From NCBI GenBank assembly GCA_037440525.1, contig JBBITW010000005.1, positions 1 through 41,861 of the forward strand: a DNA stretch of 41,861 bases, written 5' to 3'. Source of the stretch: Deltaproteobacteria bacterium. GTDB lineage: Bacteria > Desulfobacterota > BSN033 > UBA1163. Under the pieces are notes generated by a model. The model made no database searches. It saw only the letters and a program-made list of their open reading frames with translations, and was not told where the DNA came from. This document shows positions 1-9,212 of this stretch, piece by piece (positions within the stretch are counted from its first letter, which is position 1; each line of letters begins with the position of its first letter). The position numbers were made by a program, and so were the translations under genes.

Positions 1-31
1 CACAATGACAATCTGGAATCGCTCAATTTAG
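1..31 (+). repeat. Right end of an R2-family interspersed repeat, truncated by the window edge
   Basis: Bases 4-31 (aatgacaatctggaatcgctcaatttag) are identical to 28636-28663, the right end of the R2 copy at 28490-28663. Confidence 0.6.
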
Positions 32-62
32 ATTAAATCTTTAAAATTATCCCGCTTACCAT

Positions 63-103
63 CCCCTCTCCCCAATGCTTGGGGAGAGGGTTAGGGTGAG
101 GGG
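63..103. repeat. R3-family GC-rich hairpin repeat
   Basis: CCCCTCTCCCC (63-73), a 7-nt loop, then GGGGAGAGGG (81-90), followed by TTAGGGTGAGGGG. The same motif set recurs at 26117-26157 and 41730-41752. Confidence 0.6.
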
Positions 104-137
104 TTTAATTCCTTCAGGAAGGAGATCTTCGCCTCAG

Positions 138-2141
138 GTGAGAAAGATTATTTTTAAAAAATTCCTAGCCCTTTTTACAAAGATTGTCTCGGAAGATAAG
201 TCTTTATTCACCTTTTTTATTTGCCTCTTCCTACTTGTCCTTGCCTACAGGGCAGAGCTCATCATAGGACTCTTTACAAATCCCCTGAAGCCATTCGATT
301 TTAATCCAAAAAATTATACTCCTGGATGGATACTCTCCCATATCCCGCAAGACCTCTCTGTCATCCTTGGCCTTTCTATTATTTTCTGGTTGCTCTCTAA
401 GGCCATGAGCCCTCTTAAAAATAAGGGATGGTTTCTTATATTCAAAATATTTGGTATCCTCATACTGAATATCACACTAATCGCTTTATCGGTCATCCAT
501 GTTGCTCATACCCAATTACTCTTTTCGGCACAGACAGGCCTCGATCATTCAATGCTCATGGAGGTCTTTCTAAATGTCTCATTTGAAGAGCTCATGAAAT
601 TCGGTGGATTTAGAGAGTTCCTATTCCTACTCATCCCTGTGGGACTTTTTTGGTTTATCTGGATATTGCCACTATGGTTCAGAATTAAAATGGCAAAGGC
701 ATCAATATTTTTCATTATCATCCTCTCCATATGCTTCATATCCTTCTCGGAGAAAAGGGAGAATCCAATCCCAAAGGAGATATATGAAAATCCAGTTACA
801 TTCCTCCTCTCCGATCTTATTGAAAATATCTTCCTCAGCCCCTCCATAAAACAGGATTCCAAAAAAATTGTAAATGAATATAGATTGTCAATTAATCCCT
901 CAGAAGAGATGTTCAGTCATCCTGTAAAACCATTAAAATTTCTCTCCATTAAAACCCCGCATCAATGGAATATCATCTTTCTCATCATGGAATCTGTTGG
1001 GAGTAGATATATATTTGATACATCAAACCAGAGGATGCCTATGCCTTTTTTATACAACCTGTCAAAAGAGGCGTGGTATCTGAAGAGACATTTTACAACT
1101 TCCAATATAAGCACAAAGGCAATCTTCTCTCTGATGAGCGGTCTTTATGACTTTTTTAATCAGGAGACATTTGGTTTGCGATCGGATGCAAGGGTCCCAT
1201 CTCTGATCAATTTTTTATCCGAAACTCATGAATCTTTTCTTGTAACTCCTTCTCCCATAAACTGGTATTTTCCGCTCTCCTTTGTAAAGAATAGTGGGCT
1301 TCTGGAGATGCATCATTTTGAGAATCTAAATCTTAAAAAGAGGGAAGAACTTCACTCCTTTGGCCGATATGTGGGAAGGGATGAGATACAGACAGTGGAC
1401 TTTTTTATTAAGAGATTGAAAAAGGCAAAGGAGCCATTTCTGGCAATCTATATCAGCTTCGTAGCGCATCTTCCCTATTTTGACTATGGTGCTGATTACA
1501 GGATAATGGAGGAAGATGGTAGGGCCATAACCCGCTATTATAATAATCTCTACCTGCTCGACAATATGATAAAACTTATCTATGAGCATCTTAAGCAAAG
1601 TGGCCTTCTGGAGAGGACAATACTTGTCGTTGTTGGAGATCATGGTCAGGCCTTTGGTCAGCACCATCCTGATAATTATATGCATCATAGATATAGCTAT
1701 AATGAGAATCTGGAAACCCCTGCACTGATCTATCAACCTATCCTTTTTAAACCAAAAACCTTCGAGATTCCAACAACGCATGTAGACCTTCTTCCAACAA
1801 TACTCGATGCAATGAGAATCCCTTACGATCCTCTCCTCTTCAATGGTGAATCACTTTTTTATCACAGGCTAAAGCGAAGATATATCTTCTTCTATGGATA
1901 TGAAAAGACCATATCCTCACTCGATACACAAAATCTCATCAAGGTCCAGTATTCTCTGAAGAAAAGAAAAGGATGGGCCTTTGACCTGAGGGCAGATCCA
2001 GAGGAGAAAGTTCCTCTGGATATCTCACTATTTCCGAAACAGATGGAGGCACTTTTTAGGTTTGTAAATCATCATGATTTAGCCCTTGTGAAATATAATG
2101 AGGGTTTAAATCTTTTGAAAGATAAAAAACCACCATCATAG
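138..2141 (+). CDS. LTA-synthase / phosphoglycerol-transferase-like membrane protein (sulfatase domain, alkaline-phosphatase superfamily)
   Basis: The N-terminal third is multi-pass and hydrophobic. It is followed by motifs IIFLIMESVGSRY, SNISTKAIFSLMSGL (Thr nucleophile context) and VVVGDHGQAFGQHH. The track ORF starts at ATG 75, but its first 21 codons translate the R3 hairpin repeat. I therefore place the start at in-frame GTG 138, with GGAGA at 121-125. The start is uncertain. Confidence 0.72.
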   Translation: MRKIIFKKFLALFTKIVSEDKSLFTFFICLFLLVLAYRAELIIGLFTNPLKPFDFNPKNYTPGWILSHIPQDLSVILGLSIIFWLLSKAMSPLKNKGWFLIFKIFGILILNITLIALSVIHVAHTQLLFSAQTGLDHSMLMEVFLNVSFEELMKFGGFREFLFLLIPVGLFWFIWILPLWFRIKMAKASIFFIIILSICFISFSEKRENPIPKEIYENPVTFLLSDLIENIFLSPSIKQDSKKIVNEYRLSINPSEEMFSHPVKPLKFLSIKTPHQWNIIFLIMESVGSRYIFDTSNQRMPMPFLYNLSKEAWYLKRHFTTSNISTKAIFSLMSGLYDFFNQETFGLRSDARVPSLINFLSETHESFLVTPSPINWYFPLSFVKNSGLLEMHHFENLNLKKREELHSFGRYVGRDEIQTVDFFIKRLKKAKEPFLAIYISFVAHLPYFDYGADYRIMEEDGRAITRYYNNLYLLDNMIKLIYEHLKQSGLLERTILVVVGDHGQAFGQHHPDNYMHHRYSYNENLETPALIYQPILFKPKTFEIPTTHVDLLPTILDAMRIPYDPLLFNGESLFYHRLKRRYIFFYGYEKTISSLDTQNLIKVQYSLKKRKGWAFDLRADPEEKVPLDISLFPKQMEALFRFVNHHDLALVKYNEGLNLLKDKKPPS

Positions 2142-2149
2142 GGGAAGAT

Positions 2150-2851
2150 ATGTCTACAATTGAGATTATTTATGAATTTGAATTTATGGATGGTAAAAGG
2201 ATGCTCTATCCTCTACTCTTAGATAAAGCTACAATATCTTTGATCCCCGAGCATAAAACACCTCTTCCCTTCTGGACAGAGCTTGATTGCTCTCGGTGTT
2301 CTGTTTGTTCGCTCTTGAAGGATAAATCTCCCCATTGCCCAATTGCAGCAAACATCTCAGACCTTGTCGAACATTTCAAGGACGTAAGATCAACCGAGCA
2401 GGTAAGAATCACGGTCATTACAGCAGAGCGGACCTATTTTAAAGAAGCCACTATACAGAGAGGGCTTTCCTCCATCTTTGGACTCATCATGGCAACGAGT
2501 GGTTGTCCCATAATGAATTTCCTTAAACCCATGGCAAGGTACCATCTCCCATTTTCAACGGATGAAGAGACGATTGTTCGTTCTGTCTCAATGTATCTTT
2601 TAAGACAGTATTTTATTGCAAAGAGGAGGGGAAGTCCTGATCTATCCCTTGAAAGACTCGATAAGTCCTATTCACTGGTTCAGGAGGTAAACAGGGGGAT
2701 CTGCAGTCGTATCTCCAAGGCAATAATCGAGGGTAAAAGCCGTGGAGATGCTGCAAGTAATGCTGTTATCATACTTGACTCATTCTCCCAATTGCTTATG
2801 ATGGAGATAGAACAGAAACTCGATTCGCTGGCTTCGCTTTTCGAAGAATGA
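2150..2851 (+). CDS. Hypothetical protein with a ferredoxin-like C-x2-C-x2-C-x9-C-P motif
   Basis: 233-aa ORF starting 8 nt after the upstream stop, with GGGGAAG before the ATG. It contains C47-x2-C50-x2-C53-x9-C63-P64. I recognise no family. Confidence 0.6.
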   Translation: MSTIEIIYEFEFMDGKRMLYPLLLDKATISLIPEHKTPLPFWTELDCSRCSVCSLLKDKSPHCPIAANISDLVEHFKDVRSTEQVRITVITAERTYFKEATIQRGLSSIFGLIMATSGCPIMNFLKPMARYHLPFSTDEETIVRSVSMYLLRQYFIAKRRGSPDLSLERLDKSYSLVQEVNRGICSRISKAIIEGKSRGDAASNAVIILDSFSQLLMMEIEQKLDSLASLFEE

Positions 2852-2859
2852 GATTATTC

Positions 2860-4608
2860 TTACCAGCTTCCACCTCCACCACCTCCGAATCCTCCTCCGG
2901 AAAAACCACCTCCCCCTAACCCACCTCCACGACCACCACTTCCCCTCGGTGCTGAAAAGATGGCAGAGCTGAGGCTTTGGGTCATGGAATTTAGGGAGTG
3001 GGAAAAGGCGTAGGGATTAAAAATTCTAAATCCACCGGGCGAAACATACCACCTCGGTGGCTCCTGATAGATGCCCTCAAATGCCTGTGCCCAGCTATCC
3101 ACCACATCTAAAGAGATGGCATAAGGTAGAAATTTGGAGAATAGTTCTTTATCACCCATTCTTTCAAGCCTGTCTTTCTCTGCTCGACTCATAAATTCCT
3201 GAAAACCTAATATTTCCATGTATGCCAATGCTCCTGCCTTTGTCTTGGCAGGCATATATATTCCAAAGAAGATGACGGAGAGTCCTGTAAGAGCGCTTGT
3301 GATAAAGCTTTTCCCAGTAGAATAAGGAAAGAGGAATGATAAGATAAAACCACCAATCCCGATGATAATAATTCCTGATAGAAAATATACATTCCTCACC
3401 TTCTCAGGACTAACGAGAAAATAGCCCTTCCTGACCAGCTCACCAAATAGGGTCCGTTTCAGGATAATCATATGTTTATAAAAATTATTCTTCAAACTTG
3501 AGATGGATATTTGGCTTATTTTAGAAGGGAAAAGGCTCTTTAATAGTTCTATTTCAAAAAGGCTTAGAGCGTTATCAGGTTCTTTTAATTTAATGAGATT
3601 GTAATCCGATTTGCCAAAAAACAATCCCTCTGTCTTTATCTCTTCAATCTGAATATAGCCCTTGACCGCAAGGCCAACGATCGTTGAAGTTATGTCCCTC
3701 GGGTCGAGCTTCTCATCAATGAGTGTCCCGACCTCTGCGGGTGTTAGTGGAAGATTATTATATTTTGGTGGCTCATACATCACTGTCAAAGACTCCTTCA
3801 CCCTCGGGTCTCTTCCCTTCCTGTACCACCGATTAAACATAAAAAAGAAAGAAAGAATAGGAAATAAAAATATCCAGTTCTCCCCTATATTAATCGTCCA
3901 CAGAAACCTTCTCCATGAAGAGGGTGGAGAAACAAATCCCTTATCCCACCCAAAGGCTATTGTAAGGCCTTCTCCTGGATTAAGCCCCTTTGTGGAAGTA
4001 AACCTTATGCCACCTTCATACTCTTCATAACCACATTCTGTTTGCACTGATCCATAGGCTCCAGTATAGCAGGCTGCCCTTATGTTTGTGGGCCTCTCCT
4101 TTTTTTCAAGATTAATATCTGCCGATGCCTCAAGGATAGGTGCCTTCCAGTAATTTCCTGTAACATTCCAGTATAGCTCATCATGATCATCGAAGAAGAG
4201 TATCGCATTTTTCACTTCGTAGGTTATTACATATGTCTGTCGTCCTGAGATGAACCTTTTAGGGTGGCCAATCCTTATATTGATCACATGAGCGGTCTTT
4301 TTTACCTGATATTTCCATAGCTTTCCTGCACCATCAGTAACGGATAGAATTTTTGTGGGTGTTGTAATAGTCTTTCCAAACTCATCCCTGTACTTATATG
4401 GGATTTCTCGATAAATCCCGTGTCTCGGTTTATGAAAATTTACCTCAATCGTCTCCCGAACTATAAAAGAGGAATCCTTCTCAATGGTAATATCTGAGTG
4501 GAATTTTGTAATGGTAAAATACTGCGCAAAAACAGAGGGAATAAAAATGATGAGGTTGAGAGTTAAAAAAGATATGATCAAAATTAATAATCTTAAATAA
4601 TCTTTCAT
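2860..4608 (-). CDS. DUF2207 domain-containing membrane protein
   Basis: Signal or anchor helix, a large N-terminal exported domain, internal TM helices and a Gly-rich C-terminal tail (GGRGGGLGGGGFSGGGFGGGGGGSW). It lies directly downstream of a LemA gene, which is the usual pairing. Confidence 0.8.
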   Translation of the reverse strand: MKDYLRLLILIISFLTLNLIIFIPSVFAQYFTITKFHSDITIEKDSSFIVRETIEVNFHKPRHGIYREIPYKYRDEFGKTITTPTKILSVTDGAGKLWKYQVKKTAHVINIRIGHPKRFISGRQTYVITYEVKNAILFFDDHDELYWNVTGNYWKAPILEASADINLEKKERPTNIRAACYTGAYGSVQTECGYEEYEGGIRFTSTKGLNPGEGLTIAFGWDKGFVSPPSSWRRFLWTINIGENWIFLFPILSFFFMFNRWYRKGRDPRVKESLTVMYEPPKYNNLPLTPAEVGTLIDEKLDPRDITSTIVGLAVKGYIQIEEIKTEGLFFGKSDYNLIKLKEPDNALSLFEIELLKSLFPSKISQISISSLKNNFYKHMIILKRTLFGELVRKGYFLVSPEKVRNVYFLSGIIIIGIGGFILSFLFPYSTGKSFITSALTGLSVIFFGIYMPAKTKAGALAYMEILGFQEFMSRAEKDRLERMGDKELFSKFLPYAISLDVVDSWAQAFEGIYQEPPRWYVSPGGFRIFNPYAFSHSLNSMTQSLSSAIFSAPRGSGGRGGGLGGGGFSGGGFGGGGGGSW

Positions 4609-4676
4609 CTTTTTCCTGCTCGGATTAAGAATTTTTCTTCCTATATCTTCCTCTCACTTATCAATTCCCTTTCAAA

Positions 4677-5234
4677 TTACGAAAAACTGACCTTTATGGG
4701 TTTTCTTTCTACCTCAGGTGATTCAAGCTGAAAGAGTTCTGCCTGCTTAAAATTGAATTGCGATGCAATCAGGTTTGAGGGAAATGATTCAATCATAACA
4801 TTATAGTCACGAACCACTGCGTTATAGTACCTCCTTGCGTACTCGATATTATTCTCCAGTTCCTGAAGCTGAGTCTGAAGTTGCATAAAATTTGCATTGG
4901 CCTTAAGCTCAGGATATGCCTCTGCAACTGCAAATAGACTCTTTAGTGTATCTCGGAGCATATTTTCAGCCTTTGCCATTTCAGCAGGGGAATTGGCCTT
5001 CATTGCCATTGTCCTCGCCTCAGTAACCTTTTCGAAAACGGTTCTTTCATGGGATGCATAGCCCTTAACCGTCTCAACAAGATTCGGAACCAGATCAAAT
5101 CTCTTCTTACACTGGACATCAATATCTGACCATGAGGATTTAACTGTATTCCTGAGCCGAACAAGTCTATTGTAGATTGAAACAACCGACAAAATAAGAA
5201 TACCGAGTATAATAAGAATAATGATTAAGGTCAT
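4677..5234 (-). CDS. lemA: LemA family protein
   Basis: One N-terminal TM helix, then [31 protein letters not shown]...F..V..AR. AGGAGGG lies 6 nt upstream of the ATG. Confidence 0.9.
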   Translation of the reverse strand: MTLIIILIILGILILSVVSIYNRLVRLRNTVKSSWSDIDVQCKKRFDLVPNLVETVKGYASHERTVFEKVTEARTMAMKANSPAEMAKAENMLRDTLKSLFAVAEAYPELKANANFMQLQTQLQELENNIEYARRYYNAVVRDYNVMIESFPSNLIASQFNFKQAELFQLESPEVERKPIKVSFS

Positions 5235-5323
5235 ATCTTCCCCTCCTGTTTTATTTCCATTTAGAAGATGTCAACGACATTGGCAATATCCCCACCCTCC
5301 ACAGTCTTTCAAGGATTGAGCAT

Positions 5324-5992
5324 CTATGTTTTCTTAAAGTAAAGGTCTGCCTCTTCTGTCAACTCATTTAGCCTTTTCTCTAAAAGAAGCCTTCTTTCCT
5401 CAAGATAGTTCCTATCTCCATCAGGATCTACATTTATGGGTTCACCCCAGATGAAGACACCCCTGGAGAAAGGGTATGGGAGGAGAAATCGATCCCAGCT
5501 ATTGAAGATCTTCTTCCTTGAGGCGCTAAATGAGACTGGAACAACAGGTCTTCCTGTTCGTCGGGCAAGCTCTATTGCTCCAAATCGGGCTATCTGACGA
5601 GGGCCCCTTGGACCATCCGGAACAATTGCCACATCACTGCCATCCTTTATAGCCTTCTCCATCTCCCTCAGCGCCGAAGATCCATCTCTATAGCTGGAGC
5701 CGAGGATTGGATGGAAACCAAACCTCTCAAGCGCCTTTCCTACTATCTGGCCATCTCTGTGGGGTGAAACAAGAAAACTCAGTTTCTTTCCTTTATATGC
5801 ATATGGCATCATTAAAAGTCTTCCATGCCAGAAGACACCAATGGCTGAAACGTTCTTTTCCCAGAATGATCTTGGAATCTCAGGCCTGACAACTTCAAAT
5901 CTCATTGTTCGGCCAAGAAGCTTAATTGCCCAATAGGCCAAGGATGGGCCATATTTAGCTATAAATCTTTTTTTAATTCTCTTTAAAGACAT
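5324..5992 (-). CDS. DUF374 / lysophospholipid acyltransferase-family protein
   Basis: Motifs FWHGRLLMMPY, SPHRDGQI and IVPDGPRGPR. The track start is TTG 5998, which overlaps the msbA stop. ATG 5992 is chosen here. Confidence 0.78.
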   Translation of the reverse strand: MSLKRIKKRFIAKYGPSLAYWAIKLLGRTMRFEVVRPEIPRSFWEKNVSAIGVFWHGRLLMMPYAYKGKKLSFLVSPHRDGQIVGKALERFGFHPILGSSYRDGSSALREMEKAIKDGSDVAIVPDGPRGPRQIARFGAIELARRTGRPVVPVSFSASRKKIFNSWDRFLLPYPFSRGVFIWGEPINVDPDGDRNYLEERRLLLEKRLNELTEEADLYFKKT

Positions 5993-5994
5993 CT

Positions 5995-7758
5995 TCAAAA
6001 TATATTCTTTACTCTTGTTGTCTTCCAGATTCTCATCCCGTCATCTTTAAACTGCAAATCATAAAGACGCCGGTATTCTCCTCCTTTTGCCATCAGCTCT
6101 TCATGAGTCCCTTCCTCCACGATCCTACCGTCATGCAGAACAATTATTCTATGTGCATTTCTTATTGTAGATAGTCTATGGGCAATCACAAAGACAGTCC
6201 TTCGCTTCATCAGGGTCTCAAGGGCCTTCTGAACCTCTGCCTCAGAATCGGAATCAAGGGATGAGGTAGCCTCATCGAGAATCAAAATCGGGGCATCCTT
6301 GAGGAGGGCCCGAGCAATGGAGAGACGCTGGCGTTCTCCACCTGAAAGTTTAACGCCTCCTTCGCCAATGATTGTCTCATAACCCTGTGGGAGCCTTTGA
6401 ATGAAATCGTGAGCATTGGAAGCCTTAGCCGCTTCCACAATCTCCCTTTCAGACCTTTCGGGATTACCATAGGCTATATTGTTTCTTACAGTATCATTAA
6501 AAAGTATTGTCTGCTGGGTAACCAGTGCAATCTGGCTTCGCAAAGACTGTATTGTAACCTTGCGTATATCGTGATCATCAATCAGAATCTTACCATCGTC
6601 CACGTCATAAAATCGAGGGATAAGATTTACCAGAGATGTCTTACCCGCACCACTCATCCCGACCAATGCTACTATCTCACCAGCTTTGACCTCAAAAGAT
6701 ATCTCCTTGAGAACGGGTTCGCCGTCATATTTAAATGTCACATTACGAAACTCAATTCCCTTAGAAATTGGTGGTAGCGAAATGGCATCCTCTTCGTCCT
6801 TTATATCAGGCAGAGTATCGAGTAGTTCGAATACCCTTGATGCGGCTGCAAGACCTTCCTGAATTTCGAGATTAACCTTATTCAAATCTCTCACAGGGGC
6901 ATAAAGCATCAAAAGGGCGGTCATGAAGGAGAAGAAAGTGCCTGGTGTTAATTCTCCTTTAATCACGCTATAGCCTCCAACCCAGATGATAAGGGCTACT
7001 CCAACTCCTCCTAATAATTCCATCAAGGGATGAGATAAGGCCCTCACCTTCAGCCGTTTCAATGTAATCTCGAAGAATCTTTCATTCTCTTTGGCGAAAC
7101 GGCGCTTCTCGTAATCTTCCATACCAAAGGCCTTTACGATTCGATTCCCAGTGATTGTCTCGTGAAGAAATGTGGTAATGGTCCCCATTCGCTGTTGACC
7201 CTTACGACTAAATTTTCTCAGTCTTTTCCCGAATTCCTTAATCGGGATGATGGCGAGGGGAAATATGATAAAGGCTATTATTGCCAGTTTCCAGTTTCGA
7301 TAAAAGATGACTCCGGTAAGAGCTATGATTGTAAAGACATCCTTAAGAAGACCTGTTATGACATTGGAAACCGATGCCTGGATGAGATTTACATCATTTG
7401 TAATTCTTGATATGAGAACACCTGTAGGGGTTTTTGTAAAGAAGGAAAGGGAGAGTGATTGGAGGTGATTATAGAGCTTTTCCCTTATATCGGCTACAAC
7501 CCTTAAACCAACAAAATTCATCAAATAGGCCTGGCAGTAATCGAAAATCCCCTTGATGATGAAGAGGAGTATAATTGCAATGGGTAGAAGAAAGAGCATC
7601 TCTTTATCCCTTTTCAGGAAGACATCATCCAGGGCAGGTTTTACGAGGAAGGCCTGGGCAGCTGTCAGGAGGGAGACAAAGACCATAAAGATCATGGCCA
7701 ATACTAATTTAAATAAGTAAGGTTTGACGAGTTTGAGAAGACGTCGATAAAGAATCAT
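5995..7758 (-). CDS. msbA: Lipid A export ABC transporter permease/ATPase (MsbA-like)
   Basis: Six-TM ABC exporter domain plus NBD with Walker A GMSGAGKTS, signature LSGGERQR and Walker B ILILDEATS. It lies within the lpx cluster. Confidence 0.85.
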   Translation of the reverse strand: MILYRRLLKLVKPYLFKLVLAMIFMVFVSLLTAAQAFLVKPALDDVFLKRDKEMLFLLPIAIILLFIIKGIFDYCQAYLMNFVGLRVVADIREKLYNHLQSLSLSFFTKTPTGVLISRITNDVNLIQASVSNVITGLLKDVFTIIALTGVIFYRNWKLAIIAFIIFPLAIIPIKEFGKRLRKFSRKGQQRMGTITTFLHETITGNRIVKAFGMEDYEKRRFAKENERFFEITLKRLKVRALSHPLMELLGGVGVALIIWVGGYSVIKGELTPGTFFSFMTALLMLYAPVRDLNKVNLEIQEGLAAASRVFELLDTLPDIKDEEDAISLPPISKGIEFRNVTFKYDGEPVLKEISFEVKAGEIVALVGMSGAGKTSLVNLIPRFYDVDDGKILIDDHDIRKVTIQSLRSQIALVTQQTILFNDTVRNNIAYGNPERSEREIVEAAKASNAHDFIQRLPQGYETIIGEGGVKLSGGERQRLSIARALLKDAPILILDEATSSLDSDSEAEVQKALETLMKRRTVFVIAHRLSTIRNAHRIIVLHDGRIVEEGTHEELMAKGGEYRRLYDLQFKDDGMRIWKTTRVKNIF

Positions 7759-7775
7759 ATGCGTTTTCTAAAATA

Positions 7776-7997
7776 GAGAGCTCTGAAAAAATCCTTGAAA
7801 GACTGGGGAGGTAGGGTTCCAAACCCTTCGAATGCGGACATCGAGAAGGTAGATTGCTTACAATCGCTTAAGAGAAAATCAAGCATTTTCAGGGTATTAA
7901 TCAATAGTGCCATATTATTATCGGTATCCGCTCGAAGGCTTTTCCACCCCACCTCCCCAGTCTATAAAATTTGTTTTAATACTTTTTCAGAGACCTC
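7776..7997 (-). mobile_element. MITE-1 copy A (222 bp, inverted relative to copies B and C)
   Basis: Ends are GAGAGCTCTGAAAAAAT and ACTTTTTCAGAGACCTC. The internal arms pair GACTGGGGAGGT with ACCTCCCCAGTC. It is flanked by a direct AAATA at 7771-7775 and 7998-8002. It sits between the lpxB stop and the msbA start. Confidence 0.7.
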
Positions 7998-8035
7998 AAA
8001 TAAATTTTTTGACTCCTCCAAATGTTTTGAAGGAA

Positions 8036-9208
8036 TCAGGATATACATATATTATTCGTATCATAATTGGGCCTCGGTAGCAAGGAGGTGACGATTTTAG
8101 CAGCCCTTCTGACTGCTCCAGGCTCTCCAAGACCTCGACGCACATCACGCATCTCATCGGTCATCTTTCTAAGAAGATTTGGGTCTTTTAAAATCCTAAG
8201 TGCCTCTTTAGCGATTTTCTCGGGATTGGCATTCCCCTGAATCAATTCAGGAGAGACCTCTTTCCCTGAAACCAGATTGACAAGTCCTATGTGATCAACA
8301 TGAATTAGTGCCCTCCCAATCAAATAAGAAAACCACGAGACCTTATAGATGATGATCATAGGCTTTTCAAGTATCGCTCCCTCAAGTGTGGCTGTACCTG
8401 AGGCTGTTATAATAAGGTCTGAAATATTCATCAGATCGTATGTAAAACCCTTAATCACCTTCACTGACAGAGGGGCGTTTTTCATCCATGGAGATAAGCT
8501 ACTCTCAGATATCCCAGGGGCAAGCGGGATAATAAATTGGAGATCGGGGATCTCATTTTGAAGTATACGGGCTGAACGGAGAAGAACGGGCATTAACCTT
8601 TTGATTTCATCAATTCGACTTCCTGGTAAAAGTCCGATCGTCTTGCTGCCTTTTTTAAGACCAAATATTTTCATGGCCTCTTCTTTTGAATATTTTGGTT
8701 TTACAATATCGAGCAGGGGATGACCCACCCATTCAACATCAACTCCTGCCCTTTCATACAAGGGGACTTCAAATGGGAAGAAGACAACCATTTTCTTTAC
8801 ACACTGCGCTATCGTCTTGATCCTTTTTGGTCTCCAGGCCCAAAGCTGTGGACTGATATAATAAAGCACGGAGATTCCTCTCCTATGGGCCATCCTGGCA
8901 ACTCGAAGGTTAAACTCGGGGAAATCGATTAAGATGACTAAATTGGGTTTCTCTCGGAGGATTGAATTTTTAACTTCTTTGAGGGCTCTTAATATTTCTT
9001 TCAGTTTAAAGATTGCCTCTGTTACCCCAACCACAGAGAGGGAATTCAAATGATAGAAGAGCCTCATACCTCTCTTCTTTAGGTTTTCTCCACCTATCCC
9101 GAAGAATTCAATTTCAGGATCGATTTCGTGAACAGCCTCCAAAAGATAAGAACCGTGGAGATCACCTGAGACTTCTCCAGCAACCAGCAAGATCTTATTT
9201 GATTTCAT
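8036..9208 (-). CDS. lpxB: Lipid-A-disaccharide synthase
   Basis: N-terminus MKSNKILLVAGEVSGDLHG, plus ISPQLWAW and LLPGSR motifs. Position downstream of lpxA fits. Confidence 0.9.
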   Translation of the reverse strand: MKSNKILLVAGEVSGDLHGSYLLEAVHEIDPEIEFFGIGGENLKKRGMRLFYHLNSLSVVGVTEAIFKLKEILRALKEVKNSILREKPNLVILIDFPEFNLRVARMAHRRGISVLYYISPQLWAWRPKRIKTIAQCVKKMVVFFPFEVPLYERAGVDVEWVGHPLLDIVKPKYSKEEAMKIFGLKKGSKTIGLLPGSRIDEIKRLMPVLLRSARILQNEIPDLQFIIPLAPGISESSLSPWMKNAPLSVKVIKGFTYDLMNISDLIITASGTATLEGAILEKPMIIIYKVSWFSYLIGRALIHVDHIGLVNLVSGKEVSPELIQGNANPEKIAKEALRILKDPNLLRKMTDEMRDVRRGLGEPGAVRRAAKIVTSLLPRPNYDTNNICIS

Positions 9209-9212
9209 CTCA

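Noticed and set aside
75-137. First 21 codons of the 688-aa sulfatase-family ORF (MLGERVRVRGLIPSGRRSSPQ)
   Set aside because: These codons translate the R3 GC-rich hairpin repeat. The real start is probably GTG 138 or later.
2844-2861. AAGAAT-n6-ATTCTT hairpin spanning the two convergent stop codons, considered as a bidirectional terminator
   Set aside because: It is only a 6-bp AT-rich stem with no flanking T-run on either strand, which is too weak to call.
2860-2960. Highly repetitive ccacctcc / ccaccacc DNA at the end of the DUF2207 gene
   Set aside because: It is the coding sequence of the Gly-rich C-terminal tail on the minus strand, which is in frame and typical of DUF2207. It is not a tandem-repeat element or a CRISPR array.
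7755-8091. ORFs of 65 aa (minus strand) and 98 aa (plus strand) overlapping MITE-1 copy A
   Set aside because: The equivalent frames in copies B and C are interrupted, by a stop after 27 codons in B and after 2 codons in C. The element is therefore non-coding.
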